A DNA stretch of 63,792 bases, filler included, from Octopus bimaculoides (Eukaryota): the NCBI RefSeq assembly GCF_001194135.2. It is 8 parts of 7 records of this genome, joined end to end, with 100 filler letters (N's around TTAATTAATTAA, not from the genome) between each part and the next. Parts side by side here need not be neighbours in the genome. Positions count along the whole stretch, not along the records: positions 1 to 14,096 come from NC_068985.1; 7 more parts are not named here. One strand, given 5' to 3'. The notes below the pieces were generated by a model, which ran no database searches, was not told where the DNA came from, and saw only the letters and a program-made list of their open reading frames with translations. The translations under genes and the position numbers were made by a program. The number at the start of each line of letters is the position of its first letter. Position 1 is the stretch's first letter. This document shows, piece by piece, positions 1-12,067 of this stretch.

Positions 1-620
1 TTACGTTTTTGACTACACAAGGAGAAAGGAAAAGAGAGAAAAGGAGAGTAACATTTTAACTGAAAATTGTAGATTATAAAGTTTTAAAATTCACTAAAGA
101 TGATTTTTTCTTTGTCCGAAAAGAGAAACTGTTGTGTTCTTAGAATAACAAGGATCTTTACATTTTCGAATACTCAGGGAGAATAGGAATTCACAGAAGT
201 TGTATATATTAAAGTTTTTAAGGCTGAACGTCTGTGTGTTGGAAGACTGTAGATATATAAGTTTCTTATCTTATTTTGAAGGAAATTTAAAATACTCACA
301 GGAAATTGTAGATATTCCAGTCTTTGAGAGTTATTTTTCAGTCTTCCTGCTGGGTTGTATTAGTGTTTCTGTGTCTTCGCCTACTGGCTAGTAATTATTA
401 TTATCTTTATTATTATCATTATTATTATTATTATATACACATAAATATATACATATATTTATACATGTATATACACACACACATATATATACATATACAT
501 ATACACATATATATACATTTATATATATATTACATACATGTATATATATATATATACACATATATGCATGTATATATATACGTATATATAAAAGCACATG
601 CATACATACACAAACATACA

Positions 621-653
<33 letters not shown>

Positions 654-811
654 GGTTTACTTGTGATTATCTTTATTTCCAATCCATATGTTCAGTAAAT
701 CATACCAAGCAAAACTACGTAAAGTGATGGACTGACCTCTTAAATGGATGCTGATAATGTAGACAAAACTGTAACTCACTGAGTTGTAGTCGTACATCTA
801 TAAATGTGTAA

Positions 812-955
812 CTACACGAATGCTGTTGGCGTCCCTTTCTCGTTTCGACGAAGAGCTATGCTAGATATCTCAGAATTTTTCTTTTCACCGAGCGTCGAGC
901 TAATACATTTCTTGTGCACGTCCTTACGTTCGTCTTTTTTCGTTCTTTTATTCGT
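812..955 (-). CDS. Candidate orphan terminal exon (TNKRTKKDERKDVHKKCISSTLGEKKNSEISSIALRRNEKGTPTAFV*), gene unknown
   Basis: Pyrimidine-rich acceptor gtgtatctttatag, then 47 open codons ending in TAG, in non-repetitive sequence. No homology recognised. Confidence 0.25.
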   Translation of the reverse strand, partial: TNKRTKKDERKDVHKKCISSTLGEKKNSEISSIALRRNEKGTPTAFV

Positions 956-1310
956 CTATAAAGATACACACGAGCAATGCAATGACCATATTAGAAATAG
1001 GCTTATTGTTGCGTTGAATACATCAGGAAGTAATGTATATTTCAATACCAATTTATTTTACCCTCTGTATGTCAGGACATAATTGTTTATAATATCAGTG
1101 GCTTAGCCTGAGTAAAAAAAGAATCTAGAACAGTAAAAAATTATCAATTAATAGTTCAGGAGATTAACAAGCAGTAACGGTATGCTAAATATAGCAGATA
1201 AAATGACCAAACCAAAAATTTTCATTTAAACACAATGGTGAAAAGGGGCAAATGAATAGAATTCTAAAACCCTGTACGAATGACGGAAATAGTCGAAAAT
1301 TGTAAAAGCC

Positions 1311-1384
1311 AGTCATACCCGTATCACCGTGATTTCGAACTTTGAGAAAAAACTCTTAGTTCGTCTTCAGCGAGTCTTACTGAC
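1311..1384 (-). ncRNA. Type I hammerhead ribozyme
   Basis: Minus strand reads GUCA-GUAAG-ACUCG-CUGAAGA-C-GAACU(AAGAGUUUUUUCUCAA)AGUUC-GAAA-UCAC-G-GUGA-U-A-CGGGU-A-UGAC. It has the CUGANGA and GAAA core, a G10.1-C11.1 pair and three pairable stems. The AUA cleavage triplet predicts a cut between 1322 and 1321. Confidence 0.8.
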
Positions 1385-2976
1385 ACCAAGGTTATAGAGA
1401 CTGCTATAGTTAGCATGTCGGTACTGCTTAATTACTAACATATAAATATATATATATATACGTCTGTATGAGTTAGAGGTTAAACAACCATATTAGGGAC
1501 AAAAATATCCAAATTACTACTGGATGTATACCTATGTATTTATATCCAAATGCTTGCTGTCGTAGGGCACTAGCACTATTGAATGATAGGTATGAGTGGA
1601 AGTAAAGCAGAAATCTACCCAGAATGTATAAGTCAAAGAAGAAAACGGAGATGATAATTAATCAACAAAACATCAGACTGAAAATTTCATTTGGATCGAT
1701 TTATTAATTAATTACAATCATATGTATAAACAAATAAACAAGTATATAAAAATACATAAATAAATAAGAATAAATGATTGAATAATACTATACTCTTACA
1801 GCAGTTAATACTTTGTGGTGTCCAACTTGCCAAAGTTTACACATTATATCAGTATTATACATCGATTGTACAAAGGTTGAACAATATTTGAGCCGCAAAG
1901 AACTTCTTCAGTGAGTCCATCTTCCCTATTGTAGATCTAGGTGCTGTAAAATTAAGGCAGTGCTCCAGCATCGCTGCAGTCAAATGACTGAAACAAGTAA
2001 AGGAAGAAAAGAATATATATATATATATATATATCTTTGTAGATATGTATATAACGGTATTTGCTTGTGTTTGAGAAAGACTGAGCTGGTTTATGAGTGT
2101 GTATATATATGTCTATATCTATGTTAAGCCTTGTTATGTGAACATTTTCATAACCTAACGTCTGTGGACACATTTCGCCAGGCTTGACCTCTGTTTTGCT
2201 ACGACCAATTAGAACGCTTGTGGTTATCAAAAGAAAACTTCTCCACCCATCACCTTGACAACCGCTAAGACACGCGGATATTTCCACCAATAGCACCGTC
2301 ACTATATCCATTACCACTGCCACTGACACCTCTACCATCATTACCACTATTACTCCTGCTACCACCACCACCACCACTTTCTTTACCACTACAACTACTA
2401 GAGCATTAACACCAATAATAACCCCCTTTTAATACGACTAACTGAACATTTCTGCCGCTTTTGTTTGCTGCACCGTGAATGAAATGTGTAACGGTGGAGG
2501 TGTATGCATGTGGAGTTGTATGTCTTTGTGTGTATGTATATGTGTGTTTGGGTGTGTTTGTATCTGTGTTAGTGTGTGTGTGTATCTGTGTTAGTCTTGG
2601 CCTTTGTGTGTGTGTGTGTGTGTGTGTGGGTGGTTGGTTGGTTGTGCTCGTGGTGGTGGTGGTGTTTGCGTATGCATGCTTGTGTATGCATGTATATGTG
2701 TGTGATATTGTTTATATATGTTTAGTATGTCTGCTCAGAAGTTTGTGTGTATATGTGTTGCGTTTCTCTGTGTAGGCATGAGTGTGTCCATACGTACGTG
2801 CATACATGTGTGTATATGTACATCACGGCTGTTTATTTGTGTGTGTATTTAACGCCGTCAACAGCAACAACAACAACAACAACAACAACAAGCGTAATAT
2901 CAATAAGTGCAATAAGCACTATATAATCAAGAAGAGCGCCGCCACCATCACCACCTCCAGCAGCAGCAACAGCAGC

Positions 2977-3017
<41 letters not shown>

Positions 3018-3844
3018 CGGTAGCAACAACAACAACAACAATCACAAAACAAGACCATTAACATTTATAACAACAACAGTAGCTACCACAGCAACATCAA
3101 TAACAACAAGTCCAACGAAACTAATATAAGCAACAACAACAGCAATAACATCAATATCAAAACGACTCACAACAACAAGAGCAGGAACTACAGCATCAAT
3201 AAAGCGATAAAACCAATAAGAAATACAACTACCGCACGAACTACAACAGTTACTACAGCAGCACTGACCTTAACATCAAAACAGTGTAGATAACAAGTAT
3301 ACTACTGCAACAAGCACGGCAACATCAATAACAACAGCAACAACAATTCTACTAGGAGTAATATTAACAGACGAGTATTGATATTAACTCAAAAGTATTA
3401 ATATTTATACGGGAGTATTAAATATTGTATTAATGTGAATACAGGAGTATTAATAATAACTCAGGGACAACCAGAAAAAAAAACTTACAATGATATTTAT
3501 ATCGATATATTGACGTTAACAGTGGAAGCAAGTACAAAAGCAACAACAACTATGTCGACGATGGTAACAGCAACGTCAATAGGCACACCATCGACATCAC
3601 CACCACTGCGACCACTACCAGCATTTCACCACCAACGACAACAGTTGTCATTAGCATCGCTATCGGTATATATTTATAGTCATAAGAAGACTAACGGTAT
3701 TTATTCGTATAGAATCAATGTAAGTGCGGGATTGATTGCATGACAGATGTTTGCTCCGGGGTTCAGTCCAACTGTGTGACACCTTAGGCAAGTGCCGAAT
3801 AAAGCAGTGTAAGTTGATTTTGTAGACAGAAACTGAAGGAAACA

Positions 3845-4268
3845 AGGTGGCGAGCTGGCAGAAACGTTAGCACACCGGGCGAAATGCTTAGCGGTATTTC
3901 GTCTGCCGTTACGTTCTGAGTTCAAATTCCGCCGAGTTCGACTTTGCCTTCCATCCTTTCGGGGTCGATAAATTAAGTACCAGTTACGCACTGAGGTCGA
4001 TGTAATTGACTTAATCCTTTTGTCTGTCCTTGTTTGTCCCCTCTATGTTTAGCCCCTTTTGGGCAATAAAGAAATAAGAAACGTTAGCATGCCGGGCGAA
4101 ATGCTTAGCGGTATTTCGTCTGCCGCTACGTCCTGCGTTCAAATACCGCCGAGGTCGAATTTGCCTTTCATCCTTTCGGGGTCGATTAAATAAGTACCAG
4201 TTACGACCAGGGGGTCGATGTAATCGATTTAATCTGTGTGTCTGTCCTTGTTTGTCCCCTCTGTGTGT
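3845..4268 (+). mobile_element. tRNA-derived SINE (family 2), head-to-tail dimer
   Basis: ggcgagctggcagaaacgttagc...gagttcaaattcc...ctttcatcctttcggggtcgataaattaagtacc. A second copy restarts at gaaacgttagc near 4078. Family fragments recur at about 5450, 6440, 27420, 46010 and 47590. Confidence 0.8.
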
Positions 4269-4744
4269 NNNNNNNNNNNNNNNNNNNNNNNNNNNNNNNN
4301 NNNNNNNNNNNNNNNNNNNNNNNNNNNNNNNNNNNNNNNNNNNNNNNNNNNNNNNNNNNNNNNNNNNNNNNNNNNNNNNNNNNNNNNNNNNNNNNNNNNN
4401 NNNNNNNNNNNNNNNNNNNNNNNNNNNNNNNNNNNNNNNNNNNNNNNNNNNNNNNNNNNNNNNNNNNNNNNNNNNNNNNNNNNNNNNNNNNNNNNNNNNN
4501 NNNNNNNNNNNNNNNNNNNNGCCATCGCAACTTAGCAGTTTGGCGAAAATCACAGACAGAAGCAGTACCAGGTTTAATAGATAGTAAATAATTAGATGCA
4601 GGGGTCGATCCGCTCGACTAATATTCGTCAAGGCGGTGCCCCAGAATTGCCGTAGTCTAATAACTGAAACAAGTAAAATATAATCATAGTAGCAGCAAAG
4701 CTAATAACACTTACTACAAAATCAACAACAAAACATAGACAATA

Positions 4745-4915
4745 GGCGCAGGAGTGGCTGTGTGGTAAGTAGCTTGCTTACCAACCACATGGTACCGGGT
4801 TCAGTCCCATTGCGTGGCATCTTGGTCAAGTGTCTTCTACTATAGCCTCGGGCCGACCAAAGCCTTGTGAGTAGATTTGGTAGACAGAAACTGAAAGAAG
4901 TTCGTCGTATATATG

Positions 4916-4946
<31 letters not shown>

Positions 4947-5040
4947 TTGCGTGTCTGTGTTTGTCTCCCTAGCATTGCTTGACAACCGATGCTGGTGTGT
5001 TTATGTCCCCGTCACTTAGCGGTTCGGCAAAAAGGACCGA
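4745..5040 (+). mobile_element. tRNA-derived SINE (family 1) with internal (TA)n(TG)n tract
   Basis: Head ggcgcaggagtggctgtgtggtaag...ggttcagtccc and body cttgggcaagtgtcttctactatagcc...gaaactgaaagaag. More than 10 copies occur in the window. Confidence 0.85.
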
Positions 5041-5154
5041 TAGCAACAGCAACACAATCACCAATAACATCAAAATCCACGTTCAAAACTACCACCACCA
5101 TCATCACCACTACCACAAACACAACTACAAGATATAGATATATTTACACCCACA

Positions 5155-5212
<58 letters not shown>

Positions 5213-5297
5213 NNNNNNNNNNCAGGTGGTGCTAGTAAGTTAGATATGACCTGGGCCAATACTGGCCGAAACCTATCAAAGTATCAAAGTCTTAAAG

Positions 5298-5361
<64 letters not shown>

Positions 5362-5407
5362 CATGCGTGTGTGTGTGTTTCTTTTAATATATGTTTATAT
5401 GTATATA

Positions 5408-5438
<31 letters not shown>

Positions 5439-5839
5439 GCATATACAATCGTTTACTTTCTGAGTTCAAATTCCGCCGAGGTCGACTTTGTTTCTCATCC
5501 TTTAGGGGTCGATAAATTAAGTATCAGTTACGTACTGGGGTCGATCTAGTCGACTGGTCCCCCTCCCCCAAAATTTCAGTCCTTGTGCCTTGAGTAGAAA
5601 AGGTTAATACGGACAGTTCAATGCTGGTATTGATGTAATCTAACCTCCACCAACATTTCAGGCTTTGAGCCTGCAGATAAAAGTATTAGCGTTACTTTCA
5701 CTTTACCTTTGGCCATGCAGGTTTGGCCATGCAGTTAAGAAATCACTTTCCAGCCACGTAGTTTTGCGTCTAATACCACTGCCCAGCACTTTGGATATAT
5801 GTGTATGTGTGTGTGTGTATTTGTGTATGTGTTATTACT

Positions 5840-5928
<89 letters not shown>

Positions 5929-7194
5929 CATACAAATATACATACTTTACGGATCTCCATTTCATTCAACAAAATTCTGTCACAAATCATTAATCGACCC
6001 AGGGTGCATTTGTACACAGATGTGCCAGGTGCCAAGCTGTGGGTTTGAACCGCAATCTATATAGTTGTAAAGCGAGCTTCTTAACCAGACATCTATGTCT
6101 GCACCAAAGCCATAATTGAAAAGGACTTTTGAACATATGGCTAGCCACTTGTAATATGTAGGATCGATCATAACTGAGAACAACCACAGTAACAACACGT
6201 AAAAAAACCACTCATATTTTTGCCAGCAACTCGTTTACTTTCGCTAATATCACCTCAATAAACATTACATCATCAATACCATACCATTAGTACTAGCAGC
6301 TATTCGATACTCACTTCTTGTGGATTTACTGTACATAAAACCAAAACAACTAGACCACTATTAATAACCATTCTTTCAATAACCTTCAGTAAGATCAGTG
6401 TTTTTATTATAACTAGCGGAATCGTTACCACGCCGAAAGAAAAGTTATTAGCGGCGTTTCGCCCGTCTTAACGTTCGGAATTCATATTCTACCGAACCTG
6501 CTTTTCCGATCATCCTTTCAGGATCGATTATATATGTACCAATTCAGTACTGAGATCGATGTAATCGACTGTCTTTCTTCAACAAAATTTCGGGTGCGGC
6601 TGTGCGGTTAAGAAGCTGTCTTTGCAGTCAAGTGGTTTTCCGGTTCAATCCCATTACGTTACACTTTGGATAAGAGTCTCTTACGATAGATCCACCCTAT
6701 TAATCCTTGTAGGTCAATCTTTCGTTTGTGTTCTTACATAGATGCAGGGCCATAGATTTGCATAATGGTCCTAGTTAATGCATAAGCAACCTTTTTTCGG
6801 AAAGTGAAAAAGGAACCGGTTTAGCATCAGTTGGGCCATTCTTTTTAAAATTGCATGGTACTTCTTTGTTTAATCATGCCGATCAGAAGCTTCTGCAGAC
6901 GTTATGCGGCTACGGGCCGCGAGTTGCCATAACTGGCTTAGTCGATCATTCTAAATACAGTACAAGGTAGGTACGTTATTTTATCGATCTCGGCAGATTG
7001 AAAGGCATGTTGACCTCGACGGGATGTCAAAGCCACATACTATATGACATTTTGTTCGACGCACAAATGATTCTATCAATCCATTACTATAATTATAATA
7101 AATATCTTTTGTCCTGTGGATAGCTGATTTGATATAATACAGATTACTTGATGGGTGTTAAGCCAATATTCTGCTACTGATGATGTGCCAATGA

Positions 7195-7518
7195 CAGTAT
7201 TTCTCAACCGTGGTCCATATGATCCTTAAGGATCAGTATAAGATTTTTGGGCGGTCGACTCAACAAAACAGTAACCTGGGAATCCACAAGAGTAGTTTAA
7301 GGGCCTCTGCAAAAGTTTTGTTTTAGATTTATGTATAGGTATGTATTGCAAGAAATAGCTAGCTTTCTTTTTCTAACATTTTACATAGTTCTACCTACCG
7401 AGAAACAAAATAGGAAGTTCGAAAGAAGTCTCTATAAACATCGAATGGCTATGGGGATTCACCAGAATAAAATAGTAATCGAAGGGGTCCATAGATAAAA
7501 AATGGTCGAGAAACCCTG
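7195..7518. mobile_element. hAT-like MITE
   Basis: TIRs cagtatttctcaacc / ggtcgagaaaccctg; degenerate 8-bp flanks gccaatga / gactatga (6/8 match). Confidence 0.6.
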
Positions 7519-7614
7519 GACTATGACATAAGACAGACCTTCTAACAAACTAGTTTAACCCTTTGGCATTGAGATTATTCAATTAAAACGTAATGATTGC
7601 GTGTTGCAGATATT

Positions 7615-7838
7615 AGACTGCGGCCATGCTGGGCACCTCTTTTGAGAATTTTAGTCGAATGAATCGACCCCAATACTTTTCTTTCTTTAACCCTGGTACT
7701 TACTCTATCGATCACTTTCGCCGAACCACTTGGTTACGAGGAAGTAAACACACTGACACCGGTTGTCAAACAGTGGTTGAGGGACACAGACACAAAACTC
7801 ACATAGATATATGCATATATACACACACACGCATACGT

Positions 7839-7871
<33 letters not shown>

Positions 7872-7995
7872 TATAAATATATATACGACGGGTTTCTTTC
7901 AGTTTCCGTCTGCCAAATCCACTCACAAGGCATTGAGTGACTTTACGCTGTAAAATTGAATCCGGACCCTCGTGGTTGAGAAGCAGTCTTCTTAC
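7615..7995 (-). mobile_element. SINE family 1 copy
   Basis: Reverse complement of the family 1 consensus with an internal CA/TA tract. Confidence 0.75.
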
Positions 7996-10900
7996 CACAC
8001 TATGCACCCCTGCGCATTTATTCACATTTATTCTGAATTAATCATGCATAATCTGGTAGCTTCGAGACTTCGAATATTCTTTCATTCTTTTATTCTTTTA
8101 TTCCTTTACTTGCTTTAGTCATTAGACTTTGGCTGCTTTGAAGAATTTTAGTCGAATAAATCGACTATAGTACCTTTCACTTTTATTTTCTTTAAGCCTG
8201 GTAATTGTTTTATCATTCAATTTTGCTGAACCACTAGGTTACAGAAACCTAGAGGCACCAACAAACACACCAGCACCAGTTGTCAAGGAGTTATGGCGGG
8301 GACAAACAAAAAGACACGTGCACACATAGGTATATATATTTATTCCATCTACCAGATCTACTCACAAGGTTTTTTGGTCGACTCGAGGCTATAGTAGAAG
8401 ACATTTGCTTAAGGTGCCATGTAGTGGGACTGAACTCGGAACCATGTGATTGGGAAGCAAGCTCCTAACCACATGATCCACGACCACTCCTGCGCCTGTG
8501 ATGTGGTGACTGTTTATTTTCAGATTGATATTTTAGGGTGGATGTGGGATGCCGGATCTGGTCAGTTTCAACAAAATAACAGGTTGGATATGGCCAGTTT
8601 AAATCCAAATATGTTAAGAAATAAACACACTGTTCTGTTGCGCAGGGGTCGCTAGGGTCTAGGAGCCCAATTCCAATGTATGCATTCTGTGGTTTGCTCT
8701 CAATGTATATTGTAGGACAGAGTGCATTGATTTGATTTGAGGTTCATAATTCTGCTAAGGTGGCTCTGCTGCAACATGTACTGCAACACCACCACTACTA
8801 TAATAAACACCAGTTGAACTACAACTTCTTCTACACCATTATTATAATTTACATTTGCGTTAATATCTCTTCAATGACACCACATTTGAACCACTTTTCC
8901 ACCATCGCCAAGTCAACCGCCATCACCACAAAACCATTCCTAATATAATTACCACTTATACTACCGCCACTACAACAATAAAGCTGATATAGAAAACTTC
9001 ACTTTCACTACCACAACTACAACAACGCTACTGCAACAAACAATTTTTCATGCAACCACTGCAACAATACCGGTACAACCACCAATTGCACACCAAGACT
9101 ACTACCACCACTGCTACTACTAAAATTGTCACTACTACTATTACTAATAAAATTGTCACTACTACTACTACTACTAAAATTGTCACTACTACTACTACTA
9201 CTACCTTTACTACTGCTACCATCACCACTACCACCACCACCATTTCCGTCACCACCACTACCACCACCATTGATATTATGGCCATTGCCGTTACTAACAA
9301 CACTACAAGCCGACAACAGCAATAACAAAAACAGAAATATCTTTGAAGTGATGACTAAACCGGGTTCTCTGTACCTGTATGCTTGAGTGAACATGTTTAG
9401 GTGGGTAAGACGACAGCGGCGGTGACGAGGAGGCAAAGAAGGGGGGAGAGGGTAAGAGAGGGGTAGTGTGAGATGGCAGGAGAAAGAGCGGTGGAGAGAG
9501 AGAAGGAACGCGAGCAGCAGAGAAACATATGCAGACAAATTGATTGTTATGAGGGAGACGGAGGGTAAATTGGTGAGAAAGCAGACGACCGAGAGTTAAA
9601 AGAGAGAGAAAGAGGAGGAGAGAAAGTGAGAGGGGGGATTGAGGGATAGTGCGAGGCAAGTAGAGAGTCAGACAAAAGCATATAGAGAGTGACTGAAAGA
9701 AAGACACAAAGACAGAATGCAAGAAAATTGAAGGATAATTTCTATAAAGAGCCAGGTATATTGATAGCTAGATCGAAAGAATTGTTGCTAAAGGGACCAC
9801 AAAGAAACAGGGTAAACTCCGTGGGGGAAAGGCGTGGCTTTGTGGTAAGAAGCTTGCTTCCTAACTACATGGTTCCGGGTTCAGTCCCACTGCGTGATAC
9901 CTTATATTCTGCACACTAGCGTATAGCGCCATTGAAGCCCCGAGTGAACTACTATGGATATGGAATTGGAGTTTGGAGGAACCAAATCTTTCATAACGTT
10001 TCTTATACATGAACGTCATTATTCAGTTTAATTTCAAGATTTCATGTCAATAGAGAAAAAAGCCGGCTTCTAATCTAGATTCAAAGCTCCTTCTTTGAAA
10101 TTTCAACATGAACAAGGTGTCTTTGTATATAAATATATGTGTAGATTTGAATGTCTAGACATACTCATACACACATACACACACACATACGCACAAACAC
10201 ACACACATATGTATATATATATATGTGCAGATCTGTATCAGTAACGACTCCGGCACTATGGTTGTTCGGGCTTAGACATACATAATATGTATGTATGTAT
10301 GTATGTACAGATTTTGTATGTTTGATATATGTCTCATGCATATAGTTGCATTTCTGGACATGCTCATATATATTGAAATGGAAAATTTGCAACTATGTTC
10401 CATTGAGGGATTGGATCTGTACCCTACGAATTAGCTTTCGCCTTTCTAGTTTTGAGAAGCCTAATTTCTCAAGATTGGTATTTTCGCAGTGTGTTACAAA
10501 TCCCAGGGCCCCAATAATTACAGGTATAAACCTGAACTTGTAATACTAGATAGAGTGACTGTAGATTTCTCAATAGTTCTGCATTGATGTTCTCTTTTTC
10601 ACTCATCTTCAGCTTTCCACTGGGCTGCTAATTTCTACAACTACGAACAGTTTCTTTTCTCTATCTCAAATAATTGTATGTATGTATGTATGTATGTATG
10701 TATGTATGTATGTATGTATGCATGTATGGATGTATGTGTGTATGTGTATGAATACAATTAGTTGGAAGCGACAGTGCAATGAGGCTGTTTTGGGGTCAAT
10801 CAAGGAACTTCAGAGTTAAGATCAACCTGACTACATAGGGAAAGTGTCCCTCTTCGAACTATTATTCCCTGATCTTTTAGATCCTTTAAGAAATTCACTA

Positions 10901-11217
10901 GAGTAATGCGCCTTCCTCTCGACCCTAACGGTTCCTTTCCAGATGGAACTTGAAAAAATTCGGTATGGAACTGGCTGAAAACTAATTCCGGTCCTTTCTG
11001 CCTCTTCCAATACATAACATATTACACCATACCCGCCAGACAGAAGGAAACTACTAACCCGCTCTACTTAAAGGTAGCATACCGAACAAAATACCTAACA
11101 GCATTTCTTCCGGCTTTACGTCCTGTATTCAAATTCCACTTTCGTTCATTTTTCCTTTCATTCTTTCGGGTTCGATAACATAGGTACTAACTGATTGTTG
11201 GTGGTCGTACTGATTCT

Positions 11218-11288
11218 ACTTCGCAGATTCTCACCTATCGCGGGGTGGGGGGTTACGTAACACCCGCGATAATCGAAGGATCATTGTA
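11218..11288 (-). mobile_element. Tigger/pogo-like terminal inverted repeat remnant
   Basis: Minus strand TA-CAATGATCCTTCGATTATCGCGGGTGTTACGT...CCCCGCGATAGGTGAGAATCTGCG resembles Tigger-type termini with their internal hairpin. Confidence 0.5.
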
Positions 11289-11478
11289 TATCGAACACAA
11301 CACTAGAATGGCATTTCATTTTATCGACTTCGTTTTATAATGATGGTGGGAATGAAATTTAGATATTCAACTGGATTCGATCTCCGGACGTTTGTTTCCA
11401 GACTGAGATTAAGTGCTTCGGATTCGTTGTGGAATGATGACGTCGTGGTTTTGTGCGATCGTTTACAAGAAAGAACGA

Positions 11479-11513
<35 letters not shown>

Positions 11514-11990
11514 GAGCTGTTTTCCGTTAGAATCTCTACTACCACCACCACCACCACAACAACAACAACAACTACTACTACTACTACTACTACAACCACC
11601 ACGATCATCATAACCACTACCACCGTTGCCGCCATTATCATCACCTCCTTCACTACCACAACCACTACCACGATCATCATCATCATTATAAANNNNNNNN
11701 NNNNNNNNNNNNNNNNNNNNNNNNNNNNNNNNNNNNNNNNNNNNNNNNNNNNNNNNNNNNNNNNNNNNNNNNNNNNNNNNNNNNNNNNNNNNNNNNNNNN
11801 NNNNNNNNNNNNNNNNNNNNNNNNNNNNNNNNNNNNNNNNNNNNNNNNNNNNNNNNNNNNNNNNNNNNNNNNNNNNNNNNNNNNNNNNNNNNNNNNNNNN
11901 NNNNNNNNNNNNNNNNNNNNNNNNNNNNNNNNNNNCACCACCATCATCATCATCATCATCACCACCACCACCACCACCACTACCACCACC

Positions 11991-12022
<32 letters not shown>

Positions 12023-12035
12023 CATCTTCATCATC

Positions 12036-12067
<32 letters not shown>

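Noticed and set aside
324-698. ORFs rich in Y/I/H/T/V/C here and throughout (e.g. 2479, 5799, 9028, 11321, 44463, 58285, 62292)
   Set aside because: Translations of di- and trinucleotide microsatellites, or frames running through N gaps.
840-885. Minus-strand CTGAGA...GTCGAAACG hammerhead-like words
   Set aside because: CUGANGA is incomplete and no stem II or stem I can be formed.
10800-11015. 71-aa minus ORF, with a second overlapping open frame
   Set aside because: No recognisable homology or convincing splice pair; cannot be supported.
11236-11272. GC-rich hairpin tatcgcggg...cccgcgata
   Set aside because: Explained as part of a Tigger-like terminus.
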